DNA from: a virus
Virus record (IMG/VR): IMGVR_UViG_3300033153_010326
Location: 40,369 to 104,368 of that record
DNA length: 64,000 nucleotides
Direction: 5' to 3' (one strand)
Below are positions 1-9,204 of the stretch, piece by piece. Each line of letters opens with the position of its first letter. Position 1 is the first letter of the stretch. The notes beneath the pieces were generated by a model that saw only the letters and a list, made by a program, of their open reading frames with translations, was not told where the DNA came from and did not search any database. The translations under genes were made by a program, and so were the position numbers.

Positions 1-2
1 AA

Positions 3-635
3 AAAGAGGTAATATTTTTTATAGATGAAATAGATACTATGGATTGGAAAATTTTAAAGATTTTAAATCCTATTATAGAACAGTTTGAAATTAATGGAAA
101 GAAAATAAAGCCCTTTGTATTTGCAAGTGCAACCATTAACAAGCATACTTTAATTAAAAATAATCCCGATACGCTTGACCGAATTCCACATCATATTCAA
201 TTTCATAGATACACTGCTAACGATATAAGTAAAATTATAACTCAATATAAAAATCATTTATATACTGATGAAAATATCCCTAAAGAAGCTATTGAAGTTA
301 TTTCTCATTCTTGTAAATTTAATCCTAGAACTGCTATAGCATTATTAGAAGATTATATTATAGAAAGAAATATGAATATAGTTTTAAAGAATAATAAGAT
401 TATAAGGAATGGTTTAAATGATATTGATATATCTGTCCTAAAAATATTAAACAACTCTACAAGGGCTATAGGGGCGAATTCTTTGGCTATGCAAGTAGGT
501 CTATCACAAAATCAATACATAAGAGAATTTGAACCTTTTTTAGTAGAATTTGGATATATTGCTCGTATTCCGTCAAGAATAATAACACAACTGGGAAGAA
601 TAACATTGGAGAAATTAAATGATAAAATTAACTAA
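3..635 (+). CDS. ruvB: RuvB-like Holliday junction branch-migration AAA+ ATPase (5' truncated)
   Basis: Frame open from base 3: Walker B IFFIDEID, sensor FASAT, NPR, C-terminal winged helix EPFLVEFGYIAR. Confidence 0.85.
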   Translation, partial: KEVIFFIDEIDTMDWKILKILNPIIEQFEINGKKIKPFVFASATINKHTLIKNNPDTLDRIPHHIQFHRYTANDISKIITQYKNHLYTDENIPKEAIEVISHSCKFNPRTAIALLEDYIIERNMNIVLKNNKIIRNGLNDIDISVLKILNNSTRAIGANSLAMQVGLSQNQYIREFEPFLVEFGYIARIPSRIITQLGRITLEKLNDKIN

Positions 636-1149
636 TAAAGAAAAATATTGGTTAGCAGGATTTATTGATGGTGATGGTTGCATAGCTATAAGATTAGGCT
701 ATATATCACATAAAAGAAAAAAATTTAAATTATATAAAACCTATAGTTATATTAGACCTTCGGTAGAAATAGGAAATACCGATAAAAATGTTATAAAAGA
801 AATTTCTAAATTATTAAATTCTAAATATAGAACTATAAAAAGAAAAAGAGGATATAAAAACTTTTATATTATTACATTATCAATTAAAAGCAGTATAGAA
901 TTATTAATCATTATTAAAAATTCATTAAAAATAAAAAAACCTCAAACAGAACTATGTTTACATTTATATAAAACTTTTAGTAATCATAAAAGAACAATTC
1001 AAGGAAGATTTAGAAAATTAGATAAAAGAACTATAAAAAAGAGGTTTTATTTATACAAACAATGTAAACTTTTAAATAAAAGAGGTAAACCAATAATAAA
1101 TAAAAATCAATTATTAAAAAAATTAAGAAAGGAAGGGTTAATAAAATGA
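619..1149 (+). CDS. Free-standing LAGLIDADG homing endonuclease
   Basis: YWLAGFIDGDGC motif; very basic protein. Confidence 0.9.
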   Translation: MIKLTNKEKYWLAGFIDGDGCIAIRLGYISHKRKKFKLYKTYSYIRPSVEIGNTDKNVIKEISKLLNSKYRTIKRKRGYKNFYIITLSIKSSIELLIIIKNSLKIKKPQTELCLHLYKTFSNHKRTIQGRFRKLDKRTIKKRFYLYKQCKLLNKRGKPIINKNQLLKKLRKEGLIK

Positions 1150-1535
1150 AGAAACAAAAAATAATCAAAACTTATTTTCCAACTTGTCCTAAAAATTTAA
1201 GAAAATATTTTAAAATTTCTTGGATAGATAAATCAATAACAGAATTAGAAGATATTTATAAAACAAACAATCGTAAGTTGAATAAACATTGTAAAACTGC
1301 TTTACTCTATTATATTCACTATAATTATAAAGAAATAGAACAATTTGCAATAGAAAGTTATACTTCTCCACTTTTATATTTGGCTTTTAATAAATGTTTA
1401 AACCTGCTTGAAAATATAGAATTGTATAGTTATTTATTACTTACAGCACTTTTAATTCTCAAAAAAACAGAAACTAGCAAAAAATTTCCAGAATTGAAAC
1501 TATATTGCGAAAGGAAATTAAATGATAGTATATAA
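1146..1535 (+). CDS. Hypothetical protein
   Basis: 129-aa ORF translationally coupled to neighbours. Confidence 0.6.
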   Translation: MKKQKIIKTYFPTCPKNLRKYFKISWIDKSITELEDIYKTNNRKLNKHCKTALLYYIHYNYKEIEQFAIESYTSPLLYLAFNKCLNLLENIELYSYLLLTALLILKKTETSKKFPELKLYCERKLNDSI

Positions 1536-1914
1536 ATGGGTACATAAAAAAGGCGATAAATATTATAGCTTAATGAATTTCGGCTTTACTAAACTATCGG
1601 AAGAATTTAAAACAAATCAACCTCCTTACGAACTTGGAAAGAGTTATAATAATATTCATAAAGAATATAAAAGTTTAATGCTACAATTTAGAAATAAAAA
1701 AGGATATATACCACAATATATTAAAAAAGGTTTTTATTTGTGGATAAATAAAAATACTAAGCCTAATAAAAAACAATTAGATAGAATGAAAATATTAGGA
1801 GGAGAGATTAATGCAGTATTAGAATGTTATATTTCTATAAATGATATACTTTCTTATGAAAGAGGAAATAACTGTATAAGAGTAAGCAAAATGAAAATAA
1901 TAAGGGAAATATGA
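1522..1914 (+). CDS. Hypothetical protein
   Basis: 130-aa ORF, AAGGA RBS. Confidence 0.65.
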   Translation: MIVYKWVHKKGDKYYSLMNFGFTKLSEEFKTNQPPYELGKSYNNIHKEYKSLMLQFRNKKGYIPQYIKKGFYLWINKNTKPNKKQLDRMKILGGEINAVLECYISINDILSYERGNNCIRVSKMKIIREI

Positions 1915-1956
1915 TAAACATAATCCACAGTTTAGAGTATTAAAAGAGGAATTATT

Positions 1957-2784
1957 ATGATACAGAAATATAAAGAATGGTTAGAAACTATACAAAGACT
2001 ATCTCCTAATACTATTCAATCGTATTTAGGTAGAGTTGGGATTTTATCTAAGTATATAAACTTAAATGAATTAAATGAGGAAAATATTAATCAATTTTTG
2101 ATTAGTTATACTAAAAATAAATCTAAAAGTACTTTCAATGGTTACATTAATACTATAGCTTCTTTACTAAAATTTCTAAAAAAAGATATTAAATTAAATC
2201 AACAAGTAATTATTAAAGAACATACTCCTAACTACATTACTGAAAAAGAATTTTTAGAAAGGTTAATACCAGTTGTGGAATATTATTGCGAAAGTAATGC
2301 TTTACAAATGAAAAGTTTATTATATTTTATGTTCTATACAGGGGCTAGATTATCCGATATAAACTATCTTTTAAGACAAGACATTGACTTTAAAAATAAA
2401 TATGTAACCTTTAGAAGTGGAAAAGGAGATAAGGATAGAGATGTTCCTTTATTAGATTGTGTTATAGAATTATTACAAAAATATTTTAATGTAGAAATAG
2501 AAGAAATCAATGCTTTTAATGTTAAAGCAAACACTTTAAGAAAAAGGTTAATTAGTATTAGAGAAATATTGGGAGATTTAAAATTTACTGCCCATACCTT
2601 AAGACATTCTTATGCTATGTGGTATCTTAACGAATTTAGGGGTAATATTAGAAACTTACAATTAAATATGGGGCATAATGATATTAAAACTACTATGAAA
2701 TATTTAAACATAAAAAATAAAGATAGGATAGAGGGTTTTAAAACTAAAGAAAAAGAATGGAAGAAAAGAACAAAAAGAAGATAA
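1957..2784 (+). CDS. XerC/D-like tyrosine recombinase/integrase
   Basis: N-terminal SAM-like domain (LSPNTIQSY); catalytic R (TGARLSD), K (GKGDKDR), HTLRH, MGH, KY. Confidence 0.95.
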   Translation: MIQKYKEWLETIQRLSPNTIQSYLGRVGILSKYINLNELNEENINQFLISYTKNKSKSTFNGYINTIASLLKFLKKDIKLNQQVIIKEHTPNYITEKEFLERLIPVVEYYCESNALQMKSLLYFMFYTGARLSDINYLLRQDIDFKNKYVTFRSGKGDKDRDVPLLDCVIELLQKYFNVEIEEINAFNVKANTLRKRLISIREILGDLKFTAHTLRHSYAMWYLNEFRGNIRNLQLNMGHNDIKTTMKYLNIKNKDRIEGFKTKEKEWKKRTKRR

Positions 2785-2786
2785 AA

Positions 2787-3119
2787 ATGAAAAAATATGA
2801 TGTATATTGTCCTTTTTGTCAAAATCTTTTAAAAAATTGTGAAAATTATGTTAAATGTAATAATTGTAAAACTAAAATTAAAATAATTTATACTATAATC
2901 CCTTGTAAAAATTGTAATAAACAAAAATTTATAAGTTATATTCAAAAAAACGATAAAGCAACTTATTGTAATAATTGTGGACATATGATAAAACAATCTA
3001 AATTAGTTGCTCAAAATATTTTAGAAGAAAGATTAAAATTTAAAACTACTATACCTAAAGATTATTGGACAGATATACAAATAGACTTATATAAAATAGG
3101 AAAAGGAGAAAAAATATGA
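2787..3119 (+). CDS. Double zinc-ribbon protein
   Basis: Four CxxC pairs. Confidence 0.65.
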   Translation: MKKYDVYCPFCQNLLKNCENYVKCNNCKTKIKIIYTIIPCKNCNKQKFISYIQKNDKATYCNNCGHMIKQSKLVAQNILEERLKFKTTIPKDYWTDIQIDLYKIGKGEKI

Positions 3120-3391
3120 TATATACTAAACAATCTATATGGACAACTTGTGATGGAAGAAGAATACCTTATGATAAATTAGAAGATACTCATTTAGCAA
3201 ATATAATAGATTTTATAGAAAAAAGTAAATGTCCGACATTTGAAATTTTAACAATATTAAAAAACATTGCTAAAGAAAGAGGGTTAAAAAAAGAATTTTT
3301 AGAAAGGTCTCAAATTCCTTATAAAAATAAATATAATAAATGGGAAATATATAACTTTAAAAATCATACTTTCCAAAAAATAGAAAAATAA
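3116..3391 (+). CDS. Hypothetical phage protein
   Basis: WTTCDGRRIPYDKLEDTHLANII, a recurrent small phage-protein pattern; AGGAG RBS. Confidence 0.65.
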   Translation: MIYTKQSIWTTCDGRRIPYDKLEDTHLANIIDFIEKSKCPTFEILTILKNIAKERGLKKEFLERSQIPYKNKYNKWEIYNFKNHTFQKIEK

Positions 3392-3405
3392 AAAAGGAAT
3401 AAAAT

Positions 3406-3555
3406 ATGAAAGAAAGAATGAAGCTATTAAAAAAATTAGATAAACTCCGGAAACAATTAGATATTGTTGTTAATGGAGACCAATATTGTAATGAATATAA
3501 ATTAGAAGAAAGAATAAAAGAATTAGAAAATAGATTAAAAATAAAAAATATTTAA
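3406..3555 (+). CDS. Small coiled-coil protein (49 aa, not in ORF track)
   Basis: AAGGA RBS then ATG; MKERMKLLKKLDKLRKQL... Confidence 0.5.
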   Translation: MKERMKLLKKLDKLRKQLDIVVNGDQYCNEYKLEERIKELENRLKIKNI

Positions 3556-3740
3556 CTCCTTTAATATAAAGAAGTTATATAAAATCTAATATAAACTCCT
3601 ATTATAAATATATATAGTAATCAATAATTAAGATTAATTAAGACTAATATATCTTTTTATTATTTATATAACTATATAAATAGAACTTACTTAATTGCTC
3701 AATAAGAATATATTATTGATAAAAGAAGGTGCATATATCG

Positions 3741-3785
3741 GCTACCTTTTGATTTTCTTAACAAATTAATAAGAAAAAAGGTAGT
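3741..3785. other. Inverted repeat in AT-rich non-coding region
   Basis: CTACCTTTT/AAAAGGTAG plus inner TTCTTA/TAAGAA. Confidence 0.6.
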
Positions 3786-3801
3786 TATATTGTACCATTT
3801 T

Positions 3802-3833
3802 ACTTGCACTTGAACTAGATTGTATGGTATACT
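3802..3833 (+). promoter_or_regulatory. sigma70-type promoter with extended -10
   Basis: TTGCAC-18 bp-TATACT with TGn; near-identical architecture at 12132. Confidence 0.8.
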
Positions 3834-4021
3834 TATAGTGAGTAAATTTATTGAAAGGAAAATTTATAATGGTGCATTTAAAAAAAGTAGGGAAATTATT
3901 TCAATTAAGTTTTTTTAGAGGAGGAACGGAATTAGTTTACGATATGAATTGGAAAGAGATGGTAGTATTATTTTGTTTAGTTTCTTCAATAATGTGTAAA
4001 TTTGTAAAGTCAAAGAAAAAA

Positions 4022-4067
4022 TAAGAAGTATGGGCGTTGACTGTGTCGATAGCTCCTCTGCTTCTTA
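4022..4067 (+). other. Intergenic GC-rich hairpin
   Basis: TAAGAAGTA/TGCTTCTTA outer stem, inner GTTGAC/GTCGAT. Confidence 0.55.
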
Positions 4068-4090
4068 ACTAATAAAAATAAGGAAATAAT

Positions 4091-4303
4091 ATGGGAGCAT
4101 TAATAACAATTACAAAGGTTGAACTAAAAAATGATAAAGCTAAAGTTACTTTTGAATATAATAATGATTTAAAAGATACTATTTGTAATTACTATGGAGT
4201 TAAGAGAGCTACTAAGGCTAAGATTAGAGATTTCTTCCTTCAAGCGGTGATGGAGGGAGTTATGAAACACAAGAGAAGGGGATTAGGTAGAGATAATGAA
4301 TAA
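4091..4303 (+). CDS. Hypothetical protein
   Basis: 70-aa ORF with RBS. Confidence 0.6.
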   Translation: MGALITITKVELKNDKAKVTFEYNNDLKDTICNYYGVKRATKAKIRDFFLQAVMEGVMKHKRRGLGRDNE

Positions 4304-4550
4304 GAAAATAAGGGAGATATTAAAAGGATATAAATTAGGAGAACATGACAGAAGAAGCGGTTTACGCTTTGAACTTTATGATACTGACCAAGCTCTTTTC
4401 GTCATAGAACAAGAGATTAAGAGATGTATGGGGGAAGATATACCAAGTGTGTATGATATAAAAACAGGCAAAAAGCACATTGAGCAATATAATGAAGGAT
4501 ATAGTCATAGAGCCAAAAACTTTTGGGAGGCGTGGAGAGGAAAGAAATGA
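4296..4550 (+). CDS. Hypothetical protein
   Basis: 84-aa ORF, coupled, higher G+C than flanks. Confidence 0.6.
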   Translation: MNKKIREILKGYKLGEHDRRSGLRFELYDTDQALFVIEQEIKRCMGEDIPSVYDIKTGKKHIEQYNEGYSHRAKNFWEAWRGKK

Positions 4551-4783
4551 AATATATAATTATATTAATAATGATGATGGCTTTTATATTTCCTATGAAA
4601 GAAGTTAAACCTTCTTCTAATATTGAAACTATTGTAGATAAAATGGAACAATGGCAAAGAGATAATTTAGAAAAGAAAGCGGAAAGATTAGATAGGATTA
4701 GGCAAATTATTAATATAAGAGATAGAGTAGAAGGTAAAATAAAGAAACCTAAAAAGCCCAAGAAGCCTAAAAAGGAGAAATAA
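4547..4783 (+). CDS. Signal/TM-anchored small protein
   Basis: Hydrophobic N-terminus, KKP repeats at C-terminus. Confidence 0.55.
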   Translation: MKYIIILIMMMAFIFPMKEVKPSSNIETIVDKMEQWQRDNLEKKAERLDRIRQIINIRDRVEGKIKKPKKPKKPKKEK

Positions 4784-4952
4784 AGTGAAAGTTATTAATT
4801 TGATAAAAAATAATGAAAAAATAAATTTATGGGAATTTAGCAGGTAATATGAAAGTAATATTAATTGTGGGAGATAAAATTGAGGAATATAAAAAGAAAG
4901 TAGGATTTTGGACAGAAACTCATTATAGAAAAATAGATTATAAGAGGAAGAA

Positions 4953-5195
4953 ATGAAAGATAAAGATATAAAATTATTCTCAAAAGCGATACATAACGCA
5001 AAAAAAGTTATACAAGATATAGAAACAGAAAGACAAAAAGCACATGAAAAATTAAATAAATCAATACATACTATAAAACAAGTTCGTAATTCTCATGATA
5101 AAAAAATGAAAAAATTAACAGAAGAAGTTAAAGAAATATTAGATGAAGTTTATGAATTGTTTGAAGATTTGTATGAAGAAAAAACAGGAGAATAA
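4953..5195 (+). CDS. Coiled-coil hypothetical protein
   Basis: 80-aa ORF with RBS. Confidence 0.6.
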   Translation: MKDKDIKLFSKAIHNAKKVIQDIETERQKAHEKLNKSIHTIKQVRNSHDKKMKKLTEEVKEILDEVYELFEDLYEEKTGE

Positions 5196-5196
5196 A

Positions 5197-5442
5197 ATGG
5201 ATAATGATTTTGTTTTAATTAGACTTGAAAGATTAGCAAAAAAAATATCAACTTTAGAGGGAACTCTTTTAACTACATCTAATATGTTAGAAGATAAGGA
5301 TAACAAAGATTCTGTTTATTATGCAAAAGAAAATATAGAAGGAGTTGCAGAATTTTTAAATGATATAAGAAATGACGTAGATTTATTGTGCGAACAAATT
5401 AATAAAAAAGAAACAGGATTAGATTTGGAAAATCCATTTTAA
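5197..5442 (+). CDS. Hypothetical protein
   Basis: AGGAG RBS before ATG 5197. Confidence 0.6.
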   Translation: MDNDFVLIRLERLAKKISTLEGTLLTTSNMLEDKDNKDSVYYAKENIEGVAEFLNDIRNDVDLLCEQINKKETGLDLENPF

Positions 5443-5457
5443 AGGAGAAAACTAAAT

Positions 5458-5826
5458 ATGCCTTATATCTCAGCGAAAAATGATAGAAGAAAGAAATTAA
5501 GACATGGAGAACCTGCTTTAAATGCAGGAGAGTTAAATTATCAAATTTTCTATTATATTAAACATTATGATTGGAGAAAACATCACCAAATTGATTATAC
5601 AATGATACAAACTATACATAAATTTGTTAATAAATTTTTAGGAAAAAATCCTAATTACCAGAGGTGGAATGATATGACAGGTTGTTTGATAAGATGTTAT
5701 AAAGAAATTAAAAGAAGGTTGAATATAAATGTTAAGGAGATATTGATAGAGATTATGGAAGATTATGATAATGAAATTGCAAGATACGAAGATACTAAAA
5801 TTATTTCTAATTCGGATGTAGAGTAG
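5458..5826 (+). CDS. Conserved phage protein (DUF6899-like)
   Basis: MPYI...AGELNY...YEDTKI..NSDV pattern. Confidence 0.65.
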   Translation: MPYISAKNDRRKKLRHGEPALNAGELNYQIFYYIKHYDWRKHHQIDYTMIQTIHKFVNKFLGKNPNYQRWNDMTGCLIRCYKEIKRRLNINVKEILIEIMEDYDNEIARYEDTKIISNSDVE

Positions 5827-5834
5827 GAGATAAT

Positions 5835-6098
5835 ATGAAACTATTAGCTACTAAAAAAATGAAACAATTATTAAGAAAAGGAAAATATTTAGCAAAAAAA
5901 GATAAACTTAAAGTAACTAGTCCAGATTATATGTATATGCTTATAAATGATACTCTTAAAAACGGATGGCATTATAATGTGGATTTATCTTATTCTGGAA
6001 TACATGTATATGCTTTTAAACCTCCTTTGGATTTTAGGGCTAGACCAGCAGATTATTATTTAGCAAGTAAATTTAAAAAACGAAAAGGAGGTGGTTAA
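5835..6098 (+). CDS. Hypothetical protein
   Basis: 87-aa ORF, AGGAG RBS. Confidence 0.6.
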   Translation: MKLLATKKMKQLLRKGKYLAKKDKLKVTSPDYMYMLINDTLKNGWHYNVDLSYSGIHVYAFKPPLDFRARPADYYLASKFKKRKGGG

Positions 6099-6099
6099 T

Positions 6100-6776
6100 A
6101 TGATAGGTAAGATAATTAGAATCTTAAAATTCAAATTATTCTATACCTATCTTTGAAGCTAGCAGGAGCGATTGAGTTTGATACCAAAGATGGTGGTCAA
6201 ACTTGGAGGAATAGTATAACTATTCCTTTAGATGAAATGGGAATTTATGTTGGAGACCCTGTAAAGACTGAACCTGTTGCTACTGGTATGGATGTTATGG
6301 AAGCTCAAAATAAATTTAATGGGTGGATTCAATCAGGTAATTATGATATATTTGAAAAGATGTTTACAAGAATTGTTCAAAAAGATATTAGATTAGTTAA
6401 TAGAGCAGATTTTTTGATTGTTCATTTATTTCCTGATATACCTACTACTGGAACTATTCACGAAATGGCTTTAGCGTGGATGCAAAAGAAACCTATATAT
6501 TTAATATGGAAAGATGCTAAGAGCAAATTATCAAAGTGGGCATTATATTTAGTTATTTCTTCAGGAGGGCGATTATTTGATAGTGAAAATAAACTTACAG
6601 AGTTTATAAGGGTAAAATATAATCTTAAAAATCAAAGTTTTAGAGTTCAATTTATTCAAATTATAAAAGCCATAAGTAGACTTATAGAGGAAAATTTATA
6701 TAATTTAAAAACGAATAGTAATGGTAATCAAGAAAAAATTAAACAGGACTTAGAAAAGAAAGAGGAGAAGAAATAA
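6100..6776 (+). CDS. Nucleoside 2-deoxyribosyltransferase-like protein, interrupted by an 8-nt stop-containing gap (recoding or pseudogene)
   Basis: AGGAGGT RBS and ATG 6100 give ...YTYL-stop (6154); another frame continues AGAIE...DIRLVNRADFL...GTIHEMALA..KKPI. Confidence 0.75.
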
Positions 6777-7492
6777 TGAGGCGATTTAAAGGAGGAGCTA
6801 CCAGAAATAATGATGAAAATAAAAATGATTATGATGGTTTTTTATCTTCCATGGTATTAAACAAATATGACCAATTTTTAGAAAGAGAAAATCAAATTGC
6901 ATGGGCTTCTGGTTTGTTTGAAGGAGAGGGTTGTGTTTTTAAAGCTACTACAAAAAACAAACATGCTCGTTTAGAAATTAAATTAACAGATGAAGATGTA
7001 TTACAAAGATTTTTAAAAATTGTTGGATATGGAAAAATATATGGGTCTTATTGGGCTAAAAAAAGTACAAAACCTTATTGGTCATGGCAATGCAACAAAG
7101 ACCAAGAAACTATAGAAGTATTAAAATTACTTTATCCTTATTTAGGAACAAGAAGAAAAAATAGAGTAAAAGAAATTTGTTCTATAGAAAGACTTGCTGA
7201 AATAAATGCAATGCCTCCTTTAGTTATAAAAGCTTTTGGTGATTATATGACTAAACATAGAAAACAAGCAGATGGAAAGTTAAGACCAAGTGATAATTGG
7301 AAAAAAGGCATACCTCAAGAAGCTTATTTCCAATCAGCATGGAGACATTTTTTAGATGTATATTTGCATCATAAAGGATATAATGATAAAACTACAGAAA
7401 ATCTAGAAGATTCTCTTTGTGCATTGATTTTTAATATAATGGGATATTTGCATGAATTATTGAAAAATAAATTATTGAAGGATAAAAAATAA
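6776..7492 (+). CDS. dATP/dGTP diphosphohydrolase-like (DUF5664) protein with in-frame LAGLIDADG insertion
   Basis: F.GGATR..D..K.DYDGFLS / PLVIKAFGDYM..H...DNWKKGIP...SAWRH...LCALIFN flanking WASGLFEGEG. Confidence 0.8.
   Translation: MRRFKGGATRNNDENKNDYDGFLSSMVLNKYDQFLERENQIAWASGLFEGEGCVFKATTKNKHARLEIKLTDEDVLQRFLKIVGYGKIYGSYWAKKSTKPYWSWQCNKDQETIEVLKLLYPYLGTRRKNRVKEICSIERLAEINAMPPLVIKAFGDYMTKHRKQADGKLRPSDNWKKGIPQEAYFQSAWRHFLDVYLHHKGYNDKTTENLEDSLCALIFNIMGYLHELLKNKLLKDKK
6848..7216 (+). mobile_element. In-frame LAGLIDADG endonuclease domain insertion (123 codons)
   Basis: IAWASGLFEGEGC motif; no intein block A or C-terminal HN. Confidence 0.75.
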
Positions 7493-7779
7493 AATGATAA
7501 ATCTATCTTATGAAAAACAAATAAATATGCTTGTTAAAGATGTTGTAAAATGGATGAGATTAACATTTGTTATGTTTGTAGTAGGTTTATTTTTAGGAGT
7601 AATATTATTTTAATAGGAGGAAGAGATGTTAGGTTATGAATGTCCTAAATGTGGTACTGTAAAATTCCCTGATGGAAAAGGATGTCAATGTGGGGAGAGT
7701 TATGGTGCTTTAAAAGTAATTCGATTAAAAAATACATTGAAACCAAAAAAAGACAGAGAATATTATGGAGAAAGAGATT

Positions 7780-8022
7780 ATGACTAAAAAAGAACAATTA
7801 ATAATTCAATATATATTATATGCAATGGAATATATGAAAGAAGCAAGTAAATTATGTACTAAATTACCTGAGAAAGAAATTAAGTACTTACTTGAAGATT
7901 ATTTATATATTATAGGAAAATCAACTCAGGAATTAGGAATAGGGTTGGCAACTTTAGGAACTGATATTTCTAATTCTGGATTTGAAAAATTGATGAAAAA
8001 ACTAATGAGGAAACGTAAATGA
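7780..8022 (+). CDS. Hypothetical protein
   Basis: ORF coupled to next gene. Confidence 0.55.
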   Translation: MTKKEQLIIQYILYAMEYMKEASKLCTKLPEKEIKYLLEDYLYIIGKSTQELGIGLATLGTDISNSGFEKLMKKLMRKRK

Positions 8023-8234
8023 GAATAATTGTAAAACAAGTAAATAATAAAGATAGACAAATGGAGGAATTAGAAAAAGCTCTTAAAAAGCTTAAAAAGA
8101 AGCTTGATAAGGAGGGAGTATTTAAACTTTTAAGACAGAGGAAATATTTTAGTAAACCTAGTGAAATAAGACATATGAAATTAATGAAAATATTACATGA
8201 CCAGAAAAAAAGGAAAAGACGTGGAAAGAAATAA
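8019..8234 (+). CDS. rpsU: Ribosomal protein bS21
   Basis: LEKALKKLKKK...EGVFKLLRQRKYFSKPSEIR matches the bS21 signature. Confidence 0.9.
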   Translation: MRIIVKQVNNKDRQMEELEKALKKLKKKLDKEGVFKLLRQRKYFSKPSEIRHMKLMKILHDQKKRKRRGKK

Positions 8235-9060
8235 AGTTATTATAGTTGACTATTCTATATTTATGTTTAGGGCTATATTTGCAGGGAGAAAAAATAAACA
8301 AATGACACCTACTTATAATTGTGTTAATATGATAGTCTCATGTTTAAGAAAAATAGGAGTAGAACCTACAGATAAAATTATACTTGCTTGTGATTATGGA
8401 AGGTCATGGAGAAAAGAACTTTCTAAAGAATATAAAGCTGATAGAGAGAAAAAAAGAAAACAATATAAAGATATTGATTGGGATAAAAGATTCAAAGAAT
8501 TTAATCAGTTAATAGAAGATTTAGATAAAAGTACAAGTTGGTTAGTGGTAAAAGAATGGAGTTTTGAATTTGATGATTTTGCGAGTGTTGCTCCAAGATA
8601 TTTTAAAAATAATGAGATTATCATTATTTCTTATGATAAGGATATGGAGCAACTTTGTAGTTATCCTAATGTAAAATTGTTTTCTCCTTTGATAAAATAC
8701 AAAGGAAAAAAAGGAGCTTATAAATTAGTTGAAGACCCTTATAAAGTATTAGCTGATAAAATTGAAAAAGAAGCTTCTGATAATTTAAAAAGTAAAATTG
8801 TTACGACTAAAGACTATGAATTAAGAGAAACTTTAGTTTCATTATTAAAACTACCAAGACATATTGAAGAAAAGATTGTAGAAATTTATTCTAATTTAAA
8901 AGAAAAACAATATATAGATAAAGATAGAATTCCATTTAAAAAAGATTTAAAAAAAAGAATTATTAATTTATATAATGATAAAAAGAATATTGTAGATTAT
9001 GAGGAATGTATTGAATATATTGCTAAAAAAAGAAAAGGAAAAAAGAAATGCAAAAAATAA
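8221..9060 (+). CDS. 5'-3' exonuclease / flap endonuclease (T4 RNase H-like)
   Basis: IIVDYS, ACDYGRSWRKE...YKADR, EFDD, SYDKDMEQL. Confidence 0.9.
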   Translation: MERNKVIIVDYSIFMFRAIFAGRKNKQMTPTYNCVNMIVSCLRKIGVEPTDKIILACDYGRSWRKELSKEYKADREKKRKQYKDIDWDKRFKEFNQLIEDLDKSTSWLVVKEWSFEFDDFASVAPRYFKNNEIIIISYDKDMEQLCSYPNVKLFSPLIKYKGKKGAYKLVEDPYKVLADKIEKEASDNLKSKIVTTKDYELRETLVSLLKLPRHIEEKIVEIYSNLKEKQYIDKDRIPFKKDLKKRIINLYNDKKNIVDYEECIEYIAKKRKGKKKCKK

Positions 9061-9204
9061 AAGTATATATTAATAAGAATGGAAGAAGACAATTGACAAA
9101 AGCAATATTAATAAAAGAAAATAAGAAAACTGTAATTGTAAAATTAAAAGGTGGAAATATTATTAAACGAAATAAAGTAAAAGATTTAATTAAGGAGGAA
9201 AATA

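Noticed and set aside
619-1149. Group I intron housing the LAGLIDADG ORF
   Set aside because: ORF overlaps both neighbours, leaving no room for a ribozyme core, and the RuvB C-terminus looks complete
1914-1945. dif-like site or DnaA box upstream of the recombinase
   Set aside because: Only one arm resembles dif, and TAATCCACA is a single mismatched box; expected by chance in AT-rich DNA
6151-6175. CTT TGA as an RF2-type +1 frameshift site
   Set aside because: The +1 frame stops within seven codons and there is no internal SD; the coding continuation is in the -1/+2 frame
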